Source: Callorhinchus milii
Taxonomy: Eukaryota
Direction of reading: 5' to 3'
NCBI RefSeq assembly: GCF_018977255.1
Contig: NW_024705405.1
Span: 1-47,688, forward strand
Length of the DNA: 47,688 nucleotides
Shown here: positions 39,572 to 47,688 of the stretch, piece by piece
How positions within the stretch are numbered: the stretch's first letter is position 1
How the letters are laid out: the number at the start of each line of letters is the position of its first letter
Program-made: the position numbers and the translations under genes
The notes under the pieces: model-generated
What the model was told of the DNA's origin: nothing
What the model saw: only the letters and a program-made list of their open reading frames with translations
Databases searched by the model: none

Positions 39572-40427
39572 TCACCCCGAGCTCTCTGTTTGATCCTCGA
39601 GCCACTCCATTACATCCAGCCATCTCTCGGGATCCAACTGCATGGGATCGAAGGTGGAAACTTCATCAGGACTCATTGCAGCACCTTGAATTTCAGTTTT
39701 GATTTCAGTTTCCTATCATTGTGGACCTTCTGATGCCTGTTCCTGGTTGATGAGTGTGCAAATTTCTTCCCACACACAGAGCACAGGAATGGCTTCTCGC
39801 CCGTGTGTGTTCTCTGATGACTATTAAGAGTTGATAAGTCTGCAAATGCCTTCCCACACACAGGGCACAGGAATGGCTTCTCGCCCGTGTGTGTTCTCTG
39901 ATGACTATGAAGAGTTGATGAGTCTGCAAATGCCTTCCCACACACAGGGCACAGGAATGGCTTCTCGCCCGTGTGCATTCTCTGATGAGTTTGAAGAGTT
40001 GATGACCGTGCAAATGCCTTCCCACACACAGGACACAGGAATGGCTTCTCGCCCGTGTGCGTTCTCTGATGAGTTTGAAGAGTTGATGACCGTGCAAATG
40101 CCTTCCCACACACAGGGCACAGGAATGGCTTCTCGCCCGTGTGTGTTCTTGATGAGTTTGAAGAGTTGACGACCGTGCAAATGCCTTCCCACACACAGGA
40201 CACAGGAATGGCTTCTCGCCAGTGTGCGTTCTCTGATGAGTTTGAAGAGTTGACGACCGTGCAAATGCCTTCCCGCACACAGGGCACAGGAATGGCTTCT
40301 CGCCCGTGTGTGTTCTCTGGTGTCTCTGAAGACTTGATTGCCGTGCAAATGCCTTCCCACACACAGAGCAATTGAATGGCTTCTTGTCTCCGTGTGCGTG
40401 GGGCTGTGGAGAGCGTCTCTGCTCCAT
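39572..40427 (-). CDS. C2H2 zinc-finger protein, 8 fingers (unit 4; two 1-nt indels as assembled)
   Basis: ORFs 39705 and 39673. Carries an extra RSSTLQT finger. Stop TGA at 39572-39574. Confidence 0.8.
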
Positions 40428-41078
40428 GTGAGCTTAGTAACAGCAGCGGTGTTATCGAGTCAAAAGTACGCTATCGGCCGCAAGGATGTTTAACACTCGC
40501 GTCGAACCGAGACGCAAAAAAATCCCGCTAATTTGACGACGAACACATTTAAGAGTTTATCCGCGAAAATAGATACTTACTTGGAGCTTCACGGTAATTC
40601 GATGTCTGGAACCCGTCTGAAGATGTCGCCACGAACTCTCCCGACGCAAAGTCGCCTATCCGTCGACACAGCAATTGTGCTCGCCAGGCTGCGTTGTCTC
40701 GCGGTTGAAGGGCGATCAGCAGAGCGACGAGTCGAGCGTCCAACCTCATCAAGTTCCCTCTCGAAATGGCATTGAGCTCTGCTTCTGAGCCGCCTTATAA
40801 CTCCCCCCCTAGGATCCAATCCTTTGTCTTTCAGGATATTTGCATTCGATTGTTAATTTTGGAAGGCACAATCCGCATGTCTATTAACATACCGAAGGGT
40901 AATGTGCCCATTGTGCTTCATGCATGCATATGTAAGTGCATCTCAGTGTGTAATTGTGCGTCTATTTTGAATAAAAACTTTGTCCTCGATTTCAAGTGAA
41001 TGCAGAGAAATTAGCATGTAACTTTAGAAAAGGAAGAGAGCGGCCTTCTCGACGAGGGAGTGAAACCCAATAGGTAAT

Positions 41079-42200
41079 CTTCTTCCTAGCGTTGTTCCCG
41101 CTGTGGCGCAGGGTCCGCTTTTCGGCATTGTCTTCTCCATTTGGCTCGGTCCAGGGCATCTTCAGGGGATGCGTTGACCGTCTTTATGTCTTCCTTTATT
41201 CGATCCATCCATCGCTTCTTCGGACGTCCGCGTGGACGGCGGCCCTCTGGCTCAATACACATGGCAGTCTTGGCCACTGATGACTCTTCACTTCGCATCA
41301 CATGGCCGTACCACCGAAGCCTTGCCTCAAGCATCTTGTCCGCAATGGGGGCCACACCAAGTCGATTCCGAACGTCTTCGTTCATGACACGATCCCATCG
41401 AGTGAGTCCGAGGCTCCATCTGAGCATCCTCATCTCCATGGTGTGGAGAGCTTGTTCGTGTACAGTTGTGGCTGGCCAGCACTCGGATCCATAGAGTGCC
41501 ACCGGTCGGACGATGGTCTTGTAAATTTTTCCCTTCAGCCTATTCGGCATTTTCCTATCACAGAGGACTCCGGTGACTTGCCTCCACTTCATCCATGCCG
41601 CATTGACTCGTGACCTCACATCAGTCGTGATGCTACCATCTGAGCTGATGGTGGAACCCAGGTACTTGAAGTCCGTCACTTTCTTCAGATCTTCTCTGTC
41701 AATGCTGATGGTGCCGTCGGTTTGGGGGCCACACTCCATATACTCCGTCTTTTGATGTTGAACCTCATCCCGTTTTCGTCCAAACGTTCTTTCCACACGC
41801 GCGTTTGTCTTTCCACTTCTCCTCTCTCTTCATCTGAGAGGAGGACGTCATCCGCGTAGAGAATTGACCATGGCAGGGGCGTGTGCAGGTCGGCAGTGAT
41901 CGTGTCCATGCACAGGATAAACAGGAGTGGTGACAGGGCCGATCCTTGGTGCACTCCAACGCTGATGGGAAATGGCGGTGATATGCCCACTGCACACCTG
42001 ACTGCACTGGTGACGTTCTTGTATAGGAGTTGCACCCAATGCACGTAGGTTTCAGGGACTCCATGGGATCGAAGCGAGTGCCAGATGAGGTCGTGGGGGA
42101 CCCTGTCAAATGCCTTTTCAAGGTCGAGGAACGACACGTGCACAGCTTTGTTCTTCTCTCTGTGCCTCTCCAGCAGGAGCCTCGCCGCGAATATGGCGTC
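41079..42200 (-). mobile_element. RTE 3' fragment
   Basis: Same breakpoints and sequence as the other unit copies. Confidence 0.92.
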
Positions 42201-42711
42201 TTTTTTATTTATTATGTCCTATGTTCAAACATTTCCAGTACAATGCAAACCATTTCCGTTCCAGGAATACCAAAGCGTTAAAGTTTCATTCCCCATGATG
42301 TCCTTATTAGTTCACCACATTTGTTCACTGTGCGTCTATGTTGAAGTCAAGGCCATATATCCAACGAACACGTCATCAATGTACATCCGGAAACCGGCTA
42401 TCTAAAGTCGATTAATACCATTCAAAAAAGCTATATACTTGAAAAAAACTGTTTAAAATGTTGAGTAAAGATGTACCTACAGACGCATTCCAACTTTAGC
42501 TCAACAGGAACACTTAACGACTACAATTGAACCCTCTCACAACCAGTGCTCTTCACACCAATTCGGCAAGTAATCCGATAACATAACAAACCACCACTGT
42601 GCACGTAATTAAACTCTCAAAAAAACTGTAAAACTAAAATGGTCAAAATTACACACAAAAGTACTCGAAACGGCTTAATAGGTATAACCACATGAAGTAA
42701 TATTTTTTCAG

Positions 42712-43568
42712 TCACCCCGAGCTCTCTGTTTGATCCTCGAGCCACTCCATTACATCCAGCCATCTCTCGGGATCCAACTGCATGGGATCGAAGGTGGAAA
42801 CTTCATCAGGACTCATTGCAGCACCTTGAATTTCAGTTTTTGATTTCAGTTTCCTATCATTGTGGACCTTCTGATGCCTGTTCCTGGTTGATGAGTGTGC
42901 AAATTCTTCCCACACACAGAGCACAGGAATGGCTTCTCGCCCGTGTGTGTTCTCTGATGACTATTAAGAGTTGATAAGTCTGCAAATGCCTTCCCACACA
43001 CAGGGCACAGGAATGGCTTCTCGCCCGTGTGTGTTCTCTGATGACTATGAAGAGTTGATGAGTCTGCAAATGCCTTCCCACACACAGGGCACAGGAATGG
43101 CTTCTCGCCCGTGTGCATTCTCTGATGAGTTTGAAGAGTTGATGACCGTGCAAATGCCTTCCCACACACAGGACACAGGAATGGCTTCTCGCCCGTGTGC
43201 GTTCTCTGATGAGTTTGAAGAGTTGATGACCGTGCAAATGCCTTCCCACACACAGGGCACAGGAATGGCTTCTCGCCCGTGTGTGTTCTCTGATGAGTTT
43301 GAAGAGTTGACGACCGTGCAAATGCCTTCCCACACACAGGACACAGGAATGGCTTCTCGCCAGTGTGCGTTCTCTGATGAGTTTGAAGAGTTGACGACCG
43401 TGCAAATGCCTTCCCGCACACAGGGCACAGGAATGGCTTCTCGCCCGTGTGTGTTCTCTGGTGTCTCTGAAGACTTGATTGCCGTGCAAATGCCTTCCCA
43501 CACACAGAGCAATTGAATGGCTTCTTGTCTCCGTGTGCGTGGGGCTGTGGAGAGCGTCTCTGCTCCAT
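42712..43568 (-). CDS. C2H2 zinc-finger protein, 8 fingers (unit 5; one 1-nt indel as assembled)
   Basis: ORFs 42846 and 42712. One base is missing in the A/T run at ~42903. Confidence 0.82.
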
Positions 43569-44219
43569 GTGAGCTTAGTAACAGCAGCGGTGTTATCGAG
43601 TCAAAAGTACGCTATCGGCCGCAAGGATGTTTAACACTCGCGTCGAACCGAGACGCAAAAAAATCCCGCTAATTTGACGACGAACACATTTAAGAGTTTA
43701 TCCGCGAAAATAGACACTTACTTGGAGCTTCACGGTAATTCGATGTCTGGAACCCGTCTGAAGATGTCGCCACGAACTCTCCCGACGCAAAGTCGCCTAT
43801 CTGTCGACACAGCAATTGTGCTCGCCAGGCTGCGTTGTCTCGCGGTTGAAGGGCGATCAGCAGAGCGACGAGTCGAGCGTCCAACCTCATCAAGTTCCCT
43901 CTCGAAATGGCATTGAGCTCTGCTTCTGAGCCGCCTTATAACTCCCCCCCTAGGATCCAATCCTTTGTCTTTCAGGATATTTGCATTCGATTGTTAATTT
44001 TGGAAGGCACAATCCGCATGTCTATTAACATACCGAAGGGTAATGTGCCCATTGTGCTTCATGCATGCATATGTAAGTGCATCTCAGTGTGTAATTGTGC
44101 GTCTATTTTGAATAAAAACTTTGTCCTCGATTTAAAGTGAATGCAGAGAAATTAGCATGTAACTTTAGAAAAGGAAGAGAGCGGCCTTCTCGACGAGGGA
44201 GTGAAACCCAATAGGTAAT

Positions 44220-46556
44220 CTTCTTCCTAGCGTTGTTCCCGCTGTGGCGCAGGGTCCGCTTTTCGGCATTGTCTTCTCCATTTGGCTCGGTCCAGGGCAT
44301 CTTCAGGGGATGCGTTGACCGTCTTTATGTCTTCCTTTATTCGATCCATCCATCGCTTCTTCGGACGTCCGCGTGGACGGCGGCCCTCTGGCTCAATACG
44401 CATGGCAGTCTTGGCCACTGATGACTCTTCACTTCGCATCACATGGCCGTACCACCGAAGCCTTGCCTCAAGCATCTTGTCCGCAATGGGGGCCACACCA
44501 AGTCGCTTCCGAACGTCTTCGTTCATGACACGATCCCATCGAGTGAGTCCGAGGCTCCATCTGAGCATCCTCATCTCCATGGTGTGGAGAGCTTGTTCGT
44601 GTACAGTTGTGGCTGGCCAGCACTCGGATCCATAGAGTGCCACCGGTCGGACGATGGTCTTGTAATTTTTCCCTTCAGCCTATCCGGCATTTTCCGATCA
44701 CAGAGGACTCCGGTGACTTGCCTCCACTTCATCCATGCCGCATTGACTCGTGACCTCACATCAGTCGTGATGCTACCATCTGAGCTGATGGTGGAGCCCA
44801 GGTACTTAAAGTCCGTCACTTTCTTCAGATCTTCTCCGTCAATGCTGATGGTGCCGTCGGTTTGGGGGCCACACTCCATATACTCCGTCTTTTTGATGTT
44901 GAACCTCATCCCGTTTTCGTCCAAACGTTCCTTCCACAGGCGCGTTTGTCTTTCCACTTCTCCTCTCTCTTCATCTGAGAGGAGGACGTCATCCGCGTAG
45001 AGAATTGACCATGGCAGGGGCGTGTGCAGGTCGGCAGTGATCGTGTCCATGCACAGGATAAACAGGAGTGGTGACAGGGCCGATCCTTGGTGCACTCCAA
45101 CGCTGATGGGAAATGGCGGTGATATGCCCACTGCACACCTGACTGCACTGGTGACGTTCTTGTATAGGAGTTGCACCCAATGCACGTAGGTTTCAGGGAC
45201 TCCATGGGATCGAAGCGAGTGCCAGATGAGGTCGTGGGGGACCCTGTCAAATGCCTTTTCAAGGTCGAGGAACGACACGTGCACAGCTTTGTTCTTCTCT
45301 CTGTGCCTCTCCAGCAGGAGCCTCGCCGCGAATATGGCGTCCGTAGTGCCACATCCTTTGACGAAGCCGCATTGGTTGGGTGATAGGGTGATGATGTTTC
45401 TAATCCTCGTGTCCAAAACTCGCTCAAAGATCTTCATCGCATGACACAGGAGCCGGATTGGCCTGTAATTCGAGCATTCTGCCACGTCCCCTTTACCCTT
45501 CCAAATTGGAACCGTCGTGCTGGTCGACCAGGCTTCTGGGACCTCACCGGTGCTCGTGATGGTGCTGAAGAGCTGGGTAAGGAGGGCAGCACCCTGCCTG
45601 CCAAGGATCTTCCAGGCCTCAGCAGGGATATCGTCCGGGCCAGTCGCTTTCCCATTCTTCATTCTCTTGATAGCTTGTTCCACTTCGGTGATGGTGATAG
45701 GTGAAACCGGACCGAGGACGTGTTCAGCGCTAATAATAGGTGGGTGGGGAAATTCCTGGTTGCAGATTCCAGAGAAGTAGTCGCTCCAGCGTTGAAGGAT
45801 GGCGGGCGGGTCTCTGAGAGCGCTGTGATTCTCATCCTTTATGCATTTGACCTGACCAATATCCTGAGTCGAACGATGGCGCGCCTCTGCCAGTCGATAG
45901 ATCTTATTGGCACCTTCTGGGGTGTCCAGTTCGACATACAGTTGGTCGTATTGAGCTAATTTCACCGCTGCTACTACTCGCTTCGCTGCCGATTTGCAGT
46001 TTCTGTATTGTTGGTAATCCAGATCTGCGAGCGTTTGGCGCCACTTCTTGAAAGCTAGCTTCTTCTCTTTCACTGCTAGCTGAACTTCTTCGTTCCACCA
46101 CCATATTTGCTTGTCAATGAAGTGTTTTCCCGGCTTAGTTAGCCCCAGTGCTTCCGTTGCTGCTGTGCACAGTTGGCCGGCGAGATCTTCCCAAATCGCA
46201 TTCGCTGGTCGGTTGGTGTTCACGTCAATCTGATTGAGGGCGACTCTCAGCTGATCCTTGCATTCCTTCATCCGCCACCACTTAATTCGCTGCTGTCCAG
46301 TTGTTGGTGGGCGATGTCGCTGGCCAATGTCCATTTTTATGTCCATGACCAGGATGCGATGTTGTGGGGCGATGTTGTCCGATGGTATGACTTTAGTGTT
46401 TGTCACCGTTTTCAGCTTATCCCGCTTGACAAGCCAGTAATCAATTTGAGTTGATCTCCCACCACTGGCGTACGTAATGAGATGGGACGGTCTCTTCTTG
46501 AAGAAGGTGTTGGCGAGGACAAGATCATGGGCTTCCGCAAAGTCCAGGGCTCGGCA
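44220..46556 (-). mobile_element. RTE-clade non-LTR retrotransposon, 5'-truncated inside the AP endonuclease
   Basis: The frame reads LDFAEAHDLVLANTFFKK..TQIDY..APQH (APE C-terminus), then RT motifs KATGPD, NYRPIRL, FLDLEKAFDRV, GVHQGSALSPLLF, YADD, FKYLG, and the RTE C-terminus RLRWYGHVMR/GRRPRGRPKKRW. The stop is followed directly by a GAAGAAG tail. One 1-nt frameshift at ~44665. Confidence 0.93.
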
Positions 46557-46760
46557 AACTGTCTATAAAGGTTTAAAATGGCCGTCTCCCACGTGTCAGT
46601 GTGGGGTGTGACGTCACACCCCCTCCACTCCCCCCTCCTGCTCGACCACTTCTCGCCGGGCCCCCGCTGATCGGCCCCTCCCCCCCGCACCAGCGCCCTC
46701 TCTGAGGGACACGGCAAAGTGGCTCGCTCACCACCACCCCGAGTTATCCCACACGCACTC

Positions 46761-47126
46761 CAGAGGTCGCAAACGGGTTTTGATTCCTTACCCGTACCCG
46801 GCCGCACCAGGGTCGCAAACGGGTGCGGCCGTACCCGGCCGTACCCGTACCTGGCCGGACACGGGTAAGGTACGGGTATCGGGTACCTGATTGCGACCTC
46901 TGGGATGAAGCCATGTTGTAGGCGCGGGTGGGTTGATTCTAGGAACTTGAATTGTGAGAAGAGACAAGACGTTGGGAAATGAGTGACAAACGGTGACTCA
47001 CCAGTGACTCACGGCCTACCCGTACCCGGCCGCACCAGGGTCGCAAACGGGTACCCGTACCCGGTCGGGTACGGGTAACCGGGTATGGGTAGGGTATGGG
47101 TATCGGGTACCCGGTTGCGACCTCTG
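46761..47126. mobile_element. Non-autonomous hAT-type DNA transposon (MITE)
   Basis: 12-bp TIRs cagaggtcgcaa (46761) and ttgcgacctctg (ending 47126). 8-bp TSD acgcactc at 46753-46760 and 47127-47134. Subterminal cccgtacccg/aaacggg repeats. Confidence 0.88.
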
Positions 47127-47609
47127 ACGCACTCCCCCCGTACACCACCGCTAATGCGGAGGTGGCTGCGTGCACACGCGCGCCCCTGCAGGCGCACGTC
47201 GCCGTACGAATGTGCACTCCCTACCCTCCGGTGGATCAGCCTTAATCCGCGGTGGCACCACATCAGCAGCGTGGGCAGAGCAGCCGATGTTAATGTGAGT
47301 GATGGGCAGCGACGGCCTTAGTGGTGGGTCTCGACCAATTAAAGGGGCTGCCAGGTAACAATTTGCATGTCAATGTAAGATCTATTACAGGTTTACCATG
47401 TTCAGTTGTTTTCTCCTTGTCACAGGTTGAGTCACAAACCGTACCTCTCCATAAAAAAGGCTCACCCTCTTAAGCCTCACCTTACCATATGAATAAAAAG
47501 TGTGCTGTACTTGCCGCTTCCCCCCCCCTCTCCAACCATTATATAAACGGAGTGGTAGCTCCTGCAATCTCTCATTTACTTGATACAGCTGTCGTGGCTG
47601 TGACGGTTC

Positions 47610-47650
47610 CACCTGAAGACGGAAGCTTGTGTTGCCTCCGAAACGTCGTG
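47610..47650 (+). ncRNA. Minimal type I hammerhead ribozyme motif (Penelope-like element terminal repeat)
   Basis: CAC-CTGAAGA-C-GGAAGC-ttgtgtt-GCCTCC-GAAA-CGTC-GTG: core boxes present, stem II with one mismatch, 3-bp stem I. Confidence 0.7.
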
Positions 47651-47688
47651 ATTTTTATTTTATTTTACTTTTATTAATTTTAATGTTT

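Larger units (their letters stand above)
28726..45341 (-). repeat. ~3.1-kb head-to-tail macrosatellite (RTE fragment + ZF gene), 5 full units
   Basis: RTE 3' ends recur at 28726, 31825, 34881, 37939, 41079 and 44220 (periods 3099, 3056, 3058, 3140, 3141). Length differences are explained by a 41-bp deletion and one extra 84-bp finger. Confidence 0.95.

Noticed and set aside
28733..42200. RTE fragments as a functional RT partner gene, a retron/DGR-like system diversifying the fingers
   Set aside because: The fragments start mid-RT without the N-terminal RT motifs, a promoter or a clear start, and each has frameshifts as assembled. Finger variation is explained by ordinary minisatellite recombination.
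46570..47245. TTAA-flanked piggyBac/Kolobok element hosting the hAT MITE
   Set aside because: TTAA occurs near both ends, but there are no convincing terminal inverted repeats.

Overview
Eukaryotic (probably invertebrate animal) repeat-rich DNA dominated by a cluster of 11 copies of one small C2H2 zinc-finger gene family. Each copy has a TATA/Inr promoter, a short 5' intron, a 17-aa N-terminus with no KRAB/ZAD/SET domain, 4-8 near-identical 84-bp fingers that differ mainly at DNA-contact residues, and a conserved acidic Trp-rich C-terminal tail. Five copies lie on + (1-19.3 kb) in 5-6 kb segmental duplications built from shuffled non-coding modules. After an inversion breakpoint near 27.52 kb, six copies lie on -. 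Five of these form a recent ~3.1-kb head-to-tail macrosatellite whose unit is [3' 1.12 kb of an RTE LINE + promoter + ZF gene + 3'UTR ending at AATAAA + A6-7], anchored on a longer 5'-truncated RTE. Other elements: (i) a 1.77-kb insertion of a 304-bp concatemer with a scrambled template-switch junction, an inverted copy and a 12-bp target-site duplication; (ii) several Penelope-type minimal hammerhead ribozyme motifs, some in inverted pairs; (iii) Gypsy integrase/LTR remnants; (iv) a hAT MITE with an 8-bp TSD; (v) microsatellites. Many frameshifts are single-base indels and may be long-read consensus errors.
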